NCBI GenBank assembly: GCA_036394355.1
Contig: DASWFH010000310.1
Span: forward strand, 1-47,217
DNA from: Stellaceae bacterium
GTDB lineage: Bacteria > Pseudomonadota > Alphaproteobacteria > ATCC43930 > CGMCC-115725
DNA: 47,217 nt
Direction: 5' to 3'
Of this stretch, positions 39,248 to 47,217 are shown piece after piece. How positions within the stretch are numbered: position 1 is the first letter of the stretch; every line of letters starts with the position of its first letter. A program made the translations under genes and the position numbers. Under the pieces are notes generated by a model. That model was not told the origin of the DNA and made no database searches. It worked only from the letters and a program-made list of their open reading frames with translations.

Positions 39248-40276
39248 TTGGCCGATCAGCGGTTTTTTCATCGTAGCGGCCCGTTCCCTTTAAGCTACAT
39301 CGCCCGGCACATCGAGGCGGAGCCGCCGGACGATGCCAGCGGTGCGATGATGATCGATGATATCGGCCCTCTGGAAACCGCGGGGCTCGGCGAGATCACC
39401 GTCTTCTGCGATGCGCGCTACCTCGACAAGTTTCTTTCGACTCGCGCGAGCGCGACGGTCACGAACCATGACTTGGCGCGCCTCGGACCGAATCGAAGCG
39501 GCTTGCTCCTCGTCGAGCATCCGCGATTGGCCTATGCGCAAATCGGCCACCTGTTCTACCCGGCCTCTCCGCCAGTATCAGGCGTCGATGCGAGTGCTTC
39601 GATTGATCCGACCGCCGTCATCGGCGATGAGTCTCAGATCGACGCCGGCGCGGTCATCTCAACCGGCGCGAAAATCGGGGCGCGGTGCCACATCGGTGTT
39701 CACGCGTTTGTCGGCCCCGGCGTCGTCATCGGCGATGACTGTGCGATCGGCGCGAACACGGCGATCAGCCACGCCCTCCTCGGTGATCGTGTCCGGATCG
39801 AAAGCTGCGTGACCGTCGGCAGTCAGGGCTTTGGCTTCGTGCCCGGGCCAAAGGGCATGCTCCGCATGCTGCAACTGGGCCGGGTCGTGATCGAGGACGA
39901 CGTCGAAATCGGCGCGAACTGCGCGATCGATCGCGGCGCCACCGGGGACACGGTCATCGGCGCCGGAACAGTGATCGATAACCTCGTGCAGATCGGCCAC
40001 AATGTGCGGATCGGTCAAAAATGTGTCTTGTGTGGACAGGTCGGTGTCGCCGGGAGCACCGAAATCGGCGCTGGCGTGATGATCGGCGGTCAGTCGGCGA
40101 TCAGCGATCATCTGACGATCGGCTCCGGCGCGCGGATTGCCGGCAAAAGCGGCGTGATGCGCAACGTCAAGCCGGGCGAAGCGGTTGGCGGATATCCCGC
40201 GGTGCCAATTCGCCAATGGCACCGGCAAACTTCCGCCCTTTCGCGTCTGCTTCAACGCAAGTCGAATAGCGGTTGA
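39248..40276 (+). CDS. lpxD: UDP-3-O-acylglucosamine N-acyltransferase (LpxD-like)
   Basis: N-terminal domain ([14 protein letters not shown]), long hexapeptide-repeat region and [14 protein letters not shown] containing the catalytic His. TTG 39248 proposed as the start; the ORF-track start is at 39191. Confidence 0.8.
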   Translation: MADQRFFHRSGPFPLSYIARHIEAEPPDDASGAMMIDDIGPLETAGLGEITVFCDARYLDKFLSTRASATVTNHDLARLGPNRSGLLLVEHPRLAYAQIGHLFYPASPPVSGVDASASIDPTAVIGDESQIDAGAVISTGAKIGARCHIGVHAFVGPGVVIGDDCAIGANTAISHALLGDRVRIESCVTVGSQGFGFVPGPKGMLRMLQLGRVVIEDDVEIGANCAIDRGATGDTVIGAGTVIDNLVQIGHNVRIGQKCVLCGQVGVAGSTEIGAGVMIGGQSAISDHLTIGSGARIAGKSGVMRNVKPGEAVGGYPAVPIRQWHRQTSALSRLLQRKSNSG

Positions 40277-40329
40277 CGGGCTGCGGTGCGGAGCGCCCCG
40301 GTGCCGACCAAGGCTTGGCACAAAACTGT

Positions 40330-42354
40330 TCAGGCGGCGCGCACCTTGGTGAGGAAGGCGCTGACTTCCTGGCGCAGATGCTCGGACTGCTGCGACAGAT
40401 CGCGCGCCGCCGAGAGGACGTGACTGGCGACTTTGCCGGTCTCCACGGCGGCTTCCGTGACGCCGCCGATGGTGGCCGATACGTCCTGCGTCTCCTTGGC
40501 CGCCTGCTGCACCGATCGATCGATCTCTTGTGTCGCCGATTGCTGTTGCTGGACGGCGGAGGCGATCGACGATGAGATGGCGTCTATCCTCTCGATGGTG
40601 GCAAGGATCGCGCCGATGGCGTTGACGGCGCCCTGGCTCGCCCCCTGCATGCTCTGGATCTGATCGGAAATCTCCTGCGTCGCACGCGCCGTCTGGTCGG
40701 CGAGGCTCTTGACCTCGCTGGCCACCACGGCAAAGCCCCTGCCCGTCTCGCCGGCGCGGGCCGCTTCGATGGTGGCGTTGAGCGCGAGGAGGTTGGTCTG
40801 CTTGGCGATGCCCTGGATGAGCGCGATGATGCCGTCGATATGCTGGGCATTCTCGGCAAGAGCCTGGATCGATGCGTTGGTGCGCTGCGCTTCGGTGCGC
40901 GCGTCCTTGGCGACGCGTGATGCGTCGCTCACTTGTCGCGCGATCTCGCCGAACGAAACCGCCAATTCCTGGGTCGCCGACGCCACCGTCTCGACATTAC
41001 GCGACGCGCGACTGCTCCCGGAAGCCACGACATTGGCCTTGTGCGTCGCCGCCGTCGCGGTCGAGCTCATCTGTTCGGCCTCGGCGTTGAGCTCGGTCGA
41101 CGCGCTCGATACCGAATCGACGACGGCGCTTACGCTCGCCTCGAATGCCGCGGCCAAACGCAGCATTTCCTTGCGGCGCTCGGCGTCGCTGCGCTGCCGC
41201 GTCTCCTTCTGCTCTTCCTCGAGGTGGTGCATGGCGACGGCATTGTCCTTGAATACCTGGACCGCGCGCGCCATGTCGCCGATCTCGTCGCGCCTCGACA
41301 CCTGCGGCACGGGAACGGAAAGATCTCCCGCGGCAAGCCCCTTCATGATGCCGGTGATGCCGGCGATCGGGCCGACGATGCTGCGCGAGAGCAAGAGCGC
41401 CGCGACGATACCGCAGATCATGACGGCCAAGGCGAGGTCGATATTGATGTCCGCAACCTGCTGCAGTGTCTCGCTCGCAGAGGACACCGCCTCGTTCTGC
41501 GTGGCGAGCTGCGCCTCCTTGAGTTTCACCGCGCCGGCCGCCAGCTTCTCCGCCGCGTCTTGCCGCTGCTTGTTCGACTTGATGTAGAGATCCGTCGACT
41601 GAAGCAGCTTGTCGATGGCCGCGCCGTATTTCTTGACGATCTCGGGCACCGCCTGGGAAAACCGCTGCAGCCTCGCATCGCCGGCTGCGGCGATGGCAAG
41701 CCCGTGGAGGTCGACGTCGTTCTGCAAGGCCTCGAGGCGCGTCTTGGCGGTATCGGCGTCGGCCGGGTTCAGCGAGGCGAGATAGCGCGTCGCCGCCACG
41801 AGACTTGCCTGCAGCGACTCTTGGATCTGCACGCCGATCGGCAACGCGTCGAGACGCTCGCGGCTTGCCAGGCGGGCGACGATCGCCGATGCCAAATTGT
41901 TGAATTCGATGCCCGCCCGCTTGAGATCCTCGGCGCCGGAGAAGCGGCCGCCGACGGCCTTGAAGGTGTCCTCGGTCGCGGCGCGGTATTGGTCGAAGGC
42001 GGCGCGAATCTCCGCGGCGGCGCCGCCGCCCCCGCTTGCGCTCTCCTTCGACAGCTTTTCGAACGCGTCGGCGGCGAGGGCCAGATGGCGGCTGGCCTCG
42101 TTGCGGTCGGCGCCGGTGCCGCTGAGCGCGTAGCGCGAAACCGCGTCGTTGAGCTCCGCGAGACGCGAGGCGAATTCCTCGGCGGCAAGTGCGGCGATCG
42201 CCGTCAACCGCGAGCTGGCGACGCTGCCGGTGATGACCCGCGTGCCCTGGATCGAGGCGATCGCCAGCAGCCCGCAGAGCACGAGCACGAGGGCAAACCC
42301 TCCAGCGACGCGTTGCCTGATCGACAAATGATGAAGCAGCAGCGTCTTCAGCAT
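40330..42354 (-). CDS. methyl-accepting chemotaxis protein with a large helical periplasmic domain
   Basis: ATG 42354. TM1, about 290 aa of periplasmic helical region, TM2 plus HAMP, and the conserved hairpin [34 protein letters not shown]. Confidence 0.9.
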   Translation of the reverse strand: MLKTLLLHHLSIRQRVAGGFALVLVLCGLLAIASIQGTRVITGSVASSRLTAIAALAAEEFASRLAELNDAVSRYALSGTGADRNEASRHLALAADAFEKLSKESASGGGGAAAEIRAAFDQYRAATEDTFKAVGGRFSGAEDLKRAGIEFNNLASAIVARLASRERLDALPIGVQIQESLQASLVAATRYLASLNPADADTAKTRLEALQNDVDLHGLAIAAAGDARLQRFSQAVPEIVKKYGAAIDKLLQSTDLYIKSNKQRQDAAEKLAAGAVKLKEAQLATQNEAVSSASETLQQVADINIDLALAVMICGIVAALLLSRSIVGPIAGITGIMKGLAAGDLSVPVPQVSRRDEIGDMARAVQVFKDNAVAMHHLEEEQKETRQRSDAERRKEMLRLAAAFEASVSAVVDSVSSASTELNAEAEQMSSTATAATHKANVVASGSSRASRNVETVASATQELAVSFGEIARQVSDASRVAKDARTEAQRTNASIQALAENAQHIDGIIALIQGIAKQTNLLALNATIEAARAGETGRGFAVVASEVKSLADQTARATQEISDQIQSMQGASQGAVNAIGAILATIERIDAISSSIASAVQQQQSATQEIDRSVQQAAKETQDVSATIGGVTEAAVETGKVASHVLSAARDLSQQSEHLRQEVSAFLTKVRAA

Positions 42355-42391
42355 GCCCGACGCCCAGGGCAAAGGTGGAACCGCATGATGC

Positions 42392-43390
42392 TCAATGCTC
42401 CGCCACTTTGTACTCGCGGATCCGGGTGATCGCCGCGGCACCGTATTTCTGCTCGAACGCGGGCATGATCGGCGCCATCGCCGCCGCGAATTTGCGCTTG
42501 TCGATGGAGGTCACGACCTGCATGCCCTGATTCTGCAGGAACGCCACGCCTTCGGCCTCTGCCTGGGCGGCGAATTTGCGCGACGCCTCGCCGCCAAGCC
42601 TGGCCGCTTCCACGAAGGCCGCCCGGTCGGCGGCCGACATGTCCTCGTAGAGGTCCTTCGAGACGAGGAAGACGGCGGGGTCGTAGATGTGCCCGCTCAT
42701 CGTCAGATACTTTTGCACCTGATTGAATTTGGAGGCGACGATCGTCGCGATCGGGTTCTCCTGCCCGTCGAATTTGCCGGTCTGGAGAGCGCCGTAAAGC
42801 TCGGGAAACGCGAGCTGGCTGACATCGGCGCCGAGGCCCTTGAAGCCGGCGACCATGGTGTCGCTCTGCGGCACGCGCAGCTTGAGCCCCTTGAGGTCGT
42901 CCGGCGTCGCGATGGGATGCTTTGAATTGGTCAGGTGGCGCATGCCATTCTCGCCCCAGGCAAGCGCGATCATGTCCTTGGCGGCGAATTTCCTGAGCAG
43001 CTCGTCGCCGATCGGTCCGTCGAGCACGGCGTGGGCGTGCTCGGCATCGCGGAGCAGGAACGGGATGCCGAAGATGCCGGCCTCGGGCACGAAGTTCGGC
43101 ACCGGAGCGCCGGTGATGAAAGCGAGGTCGATCGTGCCGAGCTGAACGCCCTTCATCATCTCGACTTCGCCGCCGAGCTCGGCGTTGGGGTACTGCTCGA
43201 TCCTGTAGCGGCCCTGCGTCCTCCGGGCGACCTCATTCGCAAACACGGTCGCGCCGGCGCCGAGTTGGGAATTCTTGGCGAGGATGTATCCGAGCTTCAG
43301 CGTCTGTTTGTTTCCGGCAATCGCATCGGGCAGCTGCACGAGTACAAACGCAGCGATGGCCGCAACTAACAGCAGCAGTCTTTTGAACAT
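42392..43390 (-). CDS. TRAP transporter substrate-binding protein (DctP family), orphan
   Basis: Signal peptide, then the [14 protein letters not shown]...[21 protein letters not shown] pattern. No DctQ/DctM genes in the window. Confidence 0.85.
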   Translation of the reverse strand: MFKRLLLLVAAIAAFVLVQLPDAIAGNKQTLKLGYILAKNSQLGAGATVFANEVARRTQGRYRIEQYPNAELGGEVEMMKGVQLGTIDLAFITGAPVPNFVPEAGIFGIPFLLRDAEHAHAVLDGPIGDELLRKFAAKDMIALAWGENGMRHLTNSKHPIATPDDLKGLKLRVPQSDTMVAGFKGLGADVSQLAFPELYGALQTGKFDGQENPIATIVASKFNQVQKYLTMSGHIYDPAVFLVSKDLYEDMSAADRAAFVEAARLGGEASRKFAAQAEAEGVAFLQNQGMQVVTSIDKRKFAAAMAPIMPAFEQKYGAAAITRIREYKVAEH

Positions 43391-43648
43391 GCGCCAGTTC
43401 CCGTTGAGCGCGTGCAGTCGTTACTTTGTGATTCATACAAGGACACCATTAACGCGCCGTAAATTCGCACAGTAATTGAGCTTTCGATGCGGAGAGCATT
43501 TGACTGTCCACTTTGAATGGGTGGCCAGCGCGCATTCACCGGAATCGCCTAAAAGGTTTCGTGTATTCCAGAGAAAAGGCGGCGTAATTTTTACTCTGAT
43601 TTAGTAAGTCATGCTGATAATTAGCGTGTGTTACAGAGGAGGCTCACC

Positions 43649-43807
43649 ATGTCGCTTTCTTTCAGCTCAATGATCCACGAGAGGCCTGCTCACGGCTCCG
43701 CGCTCGTCATCGCGGGGATGCTGATCGCCGCCGTACTCATCGTCGCGCTCTCCGCCGCCTTCGGTATGGGCTCGCCAGATCCGGCAGCGCTGATCGTCGG
43801 TCCCTGA
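43649..43807 (+). CDS. possible 52-aa single-pass membrane peptide
   Basis: Hand-found ORF below the track cutoff: MSLSFSSMIHERPAHGSALVIAGMLIAAVLIVALSAAFGMGSPDPAALIVGP. AGAGGAGG lies 6 nt upstream of the ATG. It sits in an AT-rich intergenic region. Confidence 0.35.
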   Translation: MSLSFSSMIHERPAHGSALVIAGMLIAAVLIVALSAAFGMGSPDPAALIVGP

Positions 43808-43944
43808 ACTCCGCACCGCCCCGCACGGCGTCGTAAATTGGCGCGATTATTATTGACACTCATGTCCGAATTACGGCAGATAACTCGGACCGCGCTCGGT
43901 CGGCCAGCCAGGATCGGACGAGCGCTCGATTTAAACCGCCCGGC

Positions 43945-44700
43945 TCAGCCGATGCGTCTTCGACGGGCCGGATCGACCGCCAGGATCGCGTCGATGAAGG
44001 ACGCCAGCTCGGCTGTCGCGGGAGCGCCGAAGAGCGAGGCGGGAGCCCCCTTCTCCCAGATGCGCCCCTGATGCATGAAGACGATGGTGTCGGCGCTGCG
44101 CCGAGCAAAACCCATCTCATGGGTCACCAGCACCATCGTCATTCCGTCGCGCGCCAGCTTGTCGAGAACCTGGATGACCTCGCCGATCAGCTCGGCATCG
44201 AGGGCCGCCGTGATCTCGTCGAAAAGCACCAGGCGCGGTTCCATGGCAAGCGCGCGAGCGATGGCGACGCGCTGTTGCTGGCCGCCGGACAGCCGCAGCG
44301 GATAGGCCGCTATCTTGTCCTCGAGATCGACCATGCGCAGCACCTTGCGGGCGAGACGCTGCGCCTCGGCGATGGGCATTCCCTTGGCCGCGGTCAGCCC
44401 CAGCGTGATGTTGCGTTCGACGGAGAGGTGGGGAAACAGATTGTAGCTCTGGAAGACGATGCCTATCTCGCGGCGCAGCTCCCGAAGCCGTCGCGGATCG
44501 CACGGCTTGCCGTCGAACTCGATCGTGCCGCCATCCACTTTCTCGAGCCCGTTGATGCAGCGCAGCAGCGTACTTTTTCCCGAGCCGCTTCGCCCGATGA
44601 TCGCCACGACCTCGCCGGCGTCGACCTCGAGCGACACGTCCTCAAGCGCCTGATGCGAGCTGAAGCGCTTAGAAATGCTTCTTAATGCCAAGAGTGGCAT
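43945..44700 (-). CDS. polar amino acid ABC transporter ATP-binding protein
   Basis: Walker A GRSGSGKST, signature LSGGQQQRVAIARAL, Walker B LVLFDEITAALD. Confidence 0.9.
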   Translation of the reverse strand: MPLLALRSISKRFSSHQALEDVSLEVDAGEVVAIIGRSGSGKSTLLRCINGLEKVDGGTIEFDGKPCDPRRLRELRREIGIVFQSYNLFPHLSVERNITLGLTAAKGMPIAEAQRLARKVLRMVDLEDKIAAYPLRLSGGQQQRVAIARALAMEPRLVLFDEITAALDAELIGEVIQVLDKLARDGMTMVLVTHEMGFARRSADTIVFMHQGRIWEKGAPASLFGAPATAELASFIDAILAVDPARRRRIG

Positions 44701-45340
44701 CGATACGCCTCTCGAGGGTCCGGGCCAGCAGCGAGAGCGGCCAGCAGAGAATGAAGTAAAGCGCCGCCACGATGGGATAGACGATCATCGGCTTGAAGGT
44801 CGTGTTGGTCATCAGCTGCCCGGCGCGGGTGAGCTCGACAAAGCCGATGATCGCCGCGATCGAAGTGCTCTTGATCAGCTGCACGGCGAAGCCGACGGTG
44901 GGCGGGATCGAGATGCGCGCGGCTTGCGGCAGGATGACGTACCAGAGCTGCTTGGGGAAGCTGAGCGACAGACATGCCGCGGCCTCCCATTGCGGCCGCG
45001 GAATGGCTTGGATCGAGCCGCGCCAGATCTCGCCGAGGAAGGCGCCCGAATAGAGGGTGAAGGCAAGCAGCACGGCCGGCCAGGCGTCGACCCGGATGTT
45101 GAAGAGAACGGCGAGACCGTAATAGGTGACGAACAGCTGCATCAGCACGGGCGTGCCTTGGAATATCTCGATGTAGCCGGTGGCGAGCCCGCGCAGGAGG
45201 CGGGAGGGCGCGGTGCGCAGGATGGCGATGAACAGCCCGACGAACGCGCCGCCGGCAAGGGCGCCGAGCGACAGGAGCAAGGTCCAGGGGATCGCCTTGA
45301 GAAGATAGAGGAACTCCTGCGTCCCGAAGGTGCGCCCCAT
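44669..45340 (-). CDS. amino acid ABC transporter permease (His/Glu/Gln/Arg/opine family)
   Basis: ATG 45340. Multi-TM with the EAAACLSLSFPKQLWYVILPQA loop (EAA motif). Confidence 0.85.
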   Translation of the reverse strand: MGRTFGTQEFLYLLKAIPWTLLLSLGALAGGAFVGLFIAILRTAPSRLLRGLATGYIEIFQGTPVLMQLFVTYYGLAVLFNIRVDAWPAVLLAFTLYSGAFLGEIWRGSIQAIPRPQWEAAACLSLSFPKQLWYVILPQAARISIPPTVGFAVQLIKSTSIAAIIGFVELTRAGQLMTNTTFKPMIVYPIVAALYFILCWPLSLLARTLERRIDATLGIKKHF

Positions 45341-45347
45341 TGCCGCC

Positions 45348-46019
45348 TCACGCCATCCGGCCGCGTTGGAACACCGCCCAGTAGATCGCACTCAACGCGG
45401 CTCTGAATCCCAGCGCCATGGCGAGGTACAGGCCGGTCGCGACGAAGTAGAACTCGAAGGATCGAAAGGTGGTCGATTGCAGCGAATTGGTGATCGCCGT
45501 CAGCTCGACCGCCGAGATGGTCGAGACCACGCTCGAGCTCAGCATCAGCAGAATGAACTGGCTGGCGAGGGCCGGATACACCGTCTTCAGCGCGGGGAAG
45601 ATGATGATGAAGCGGAAGATCTGCAGGCGGCCGAGGCCGAGCGCGCGCGCCGCCTCGACCTGACCGTGCGGGATCGCCTCGATGCCGGCGCGGACGATCT
45701 CGCTGGCATAGGCGCCGAGATTGACCGTCATTGCCGCGAGCGCAGCGCTGTCGGCGGTGAGCCGGATCCCGACCACCGGCAGCGAGAAGTAGAAGATGAA
45801 GATCTGGACGAGGAACGGCGTGTTGCGGATCAGCTCGACATAGGCAGCCACCGCCCAGCGCACCGGCGCGAGCCCGGCCGACCTGCCATAGGCGCAAAGC
45901 ACGGCGAGGCACAGCCCCAAAGCCATCGCCGTGGCGGAGAGCTGGATGGTCAGCAACGCGCCGTGCAAAAGCTCCGGGAGATGGTCCCAGACGACGTTGA
46001 ATTGAAAGACATAATTCAC
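45348..46019 (-). CDS. amino acid ABC transporter permease (His/Glu/Gln/Arg/opine family)
   Basis: 223 aa, multi-TM, with the EAARALGLGRLQIFRFIIFPAL EAA loop. Confidence 0.85.
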   Translation of the reverse strand: MNYVFQFNVVWDHLPELLHGALLTIQLSATAMALGLCLAVLCAYGRSAGLAPVRWAVAAYVELIRNTPFLVQIFIFYFSLPVVGIRLTADSAALAAMTVNLGAYASEIVRAGIEAIPHGQVEAARALGLGRLQIFRFIIIFPALKTVYPALASQFILLMLSSSVVSTISAVELTAITNSLQSTTFRSFEFYFVATGLYLAMALGFRAALSAIYWAVFQRGRMA

Positions 46020-46104
46020 GCCGGGTCGCTCCGGTCAGCCGACCGGCGGCAAGCCGGACCGGGCAGGCCCGGCGGCCGGCCGCTGCGGCGGCGCCGCAGA
46101 GCGT

Positions 46105-46905
46105 TCAAAACACGGGCAAGGCCGGCAGGTCGAGGCCGGTGTACTTCTTGTAGATCGCGGCCAGGGTTCCGTTCTGGCTGTTGAGGAAGAGCCAGGTATT
46201 GATCCACTGGCGCAGCTCGAAATCGTCGTGCCGCACGATCGGCGCGTAAAAGGCGGTCGTCACGTTGAGCTTCGTCTCGATCCCCTTGTCCGGATTGCCG
46301 TCGGCCACGGCCTTTCCGGCGAAAGAAGTCATGGCGACGGCATCGACTTGCCCCGACAGCAAGGCCTGGATCGTCGCGCCGATCTCGTCGAACCAGACGA
46401 TGTTGGTGCCCTGCGGCGCCATCTTCGGCACGGTCGCCTCTTCGAGGGTCGCGCGCGTGATGCCGATGCGCTTGCCGACGAGATCGGCGGGTGCCTTGAT
46501 GGCGACGCTCTTGGGTCCAAAGATGACGATCGAGAGCGCGCCGTTCGGGTTGCAGTACATGACCGCCTTGGCGCGATCGCTGGTCACCGAGATCGAGGCG
46601 ATGGTGACGTCGGCGCGCCCCGCCAGGAGCGCCGGGATCCGGCCCGTCGAGGGCACTTGCACGAATTCGAGCTCGACGCCCATATCCTTCGCCATCTGGC
46701 GCGCGACCGCGACATCCGAGCCGTCGGGCTGACCGTCCTTGTCGAGAATGCCGAAAGGCGGATTGCCGACATCGATCGCGATCCGGATCTTCTTCTCCTT
46801 GAGGATCTTATCGAGCGTCGATTCGGCACGCGTGGGCTGCGCAACACACAGCCCCACTATGGACGCCAGCATCACAAACGCCAACACTCTCAGGCAGATC
46901 CTCAT
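46105..46905 (-). CDS. amino acid ABC transporter substrate-binding protein (SBP family 3)
   Basis: ATG 46905 preceded by GGGGAGGA. Signal peptide, then IRIAIDVGNPPFG and RADVTIASISVTSDRAK. Confidence 0.85.
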   Translation of the reverse strand: MRICLRVLAFVMLASIVGLCVAQPTRAESTLDKILKEKKIRIAIDVGNPPFGILDKDGQPDGSDVAVARQMAKDMGVELEFVQVPSTGRIPALLAGRADVTIASISVTSDRAKAVMYCNPNGALSIVIFGPKSVAIKAPADLVGKRIGITRATLEEATVPKMAPQGTNIVWFDEIGATIQALLSGQVDAVAMTSFAGKAVADGNPDKGIETKLNVTTAFYAPIVRHDDFELRQWINTWLFLNSQNGTLAAIYKKYTGLDLPALPVF

Positions 46906-47122
46906 GACGTCCTCCCCGTCGGCTCCATCGTCGTCCTCATCGACCAGGCGAGCGACACCGTCCTTGCCGGGCATCGGCCCACTGCCCGCCAGCCACCGCG
47001 CGCCACCGCAACTGACTAATTATCTGTAACTATGTGATATAGAACAATGATAGCGCTTTCACGGTAACGGGTTCACGATCATGAGTCAAGCGTCGCTCCG
47101 GCGCGTTTGCACGACGGCTCGA

Positions 47123-47217
47123 TCAGACGGCGCGGCGCCGACGACTGGTCGGCGTCGCGGCGCGGACAGGGCCCGTTGATTGGCGAATGACGACATTGGC
47201 CTCAAGCTCAATCTTCT
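47123..47217 (-). CDS. 3' end of an unidentified CDS entering from the right edge (...KIELEANVVIRQSTGPVRAATPTSRRRRAV*)
   Basis: Open frame from the window edge to TGA (rc of 47123-47125). Only 30 codons are visible and no family is recognised. Confidence 0.25.
   Translation of the reverse strand, partial: KIELEANVVIRQSTGPVRAATPTSRRRRAV

Overview
This is a high-G+C chromosomal segment whose gene content and order look like an alphaproteobacterium of the Rhizobiales/Hyphomicrobiales type (inference). The left third is ordinary core metabolism: radC, cytochrome b561, purB, a DUF1476 zeta-inhibitor homolog, an NRDE protein, purC-purS, purQ-purL and a BolA/Grx4 pair. Next comes a tightly coupled six-gene Liv-type ABC uptake operon with a cytoplasmic beta-lactamase-fold serine hydrolase embedded in it. 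After that is a run of small envelope and stress genes (PsiF, DUF202, DUF302, DOPA dioxygenase, CNNM/CorC), then an MFS gene, DUF2066 and a GST bracketed by REP-like hairpin elements. A minus-strand glycan-modification cluster follows: epimerase, acyltransferase-3, UGM-like flavoprotein, GT2, SMP-30 and an epoxide-hydrolase-like protein. The right part carries a glycine-zipper lipoprotein with an SLT transglycosylase, a poxvirus-type topoisomerase IB, a PagL-like deacylase, an AbiV-like HEPN gene, an LpxD-like acyltransferase, an orphan TRAP binding protein next to an MCP, and a polar amino-acid ABC transporter. I saw no rRNA, tRNA, CRISPR array, IS element or prophage. I did not find a clear-cut novel multi-gene system. 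The observations most worth follow-up are the AbiV-like islet wedged between two lipid A genes, the hydrolase embedded in the ABC operon, the DctP-MCP pair, a two-member small-protein family, the structured REP elements, and five single-base homopolymer frame disruptions clustered between 24 and 38 kb.
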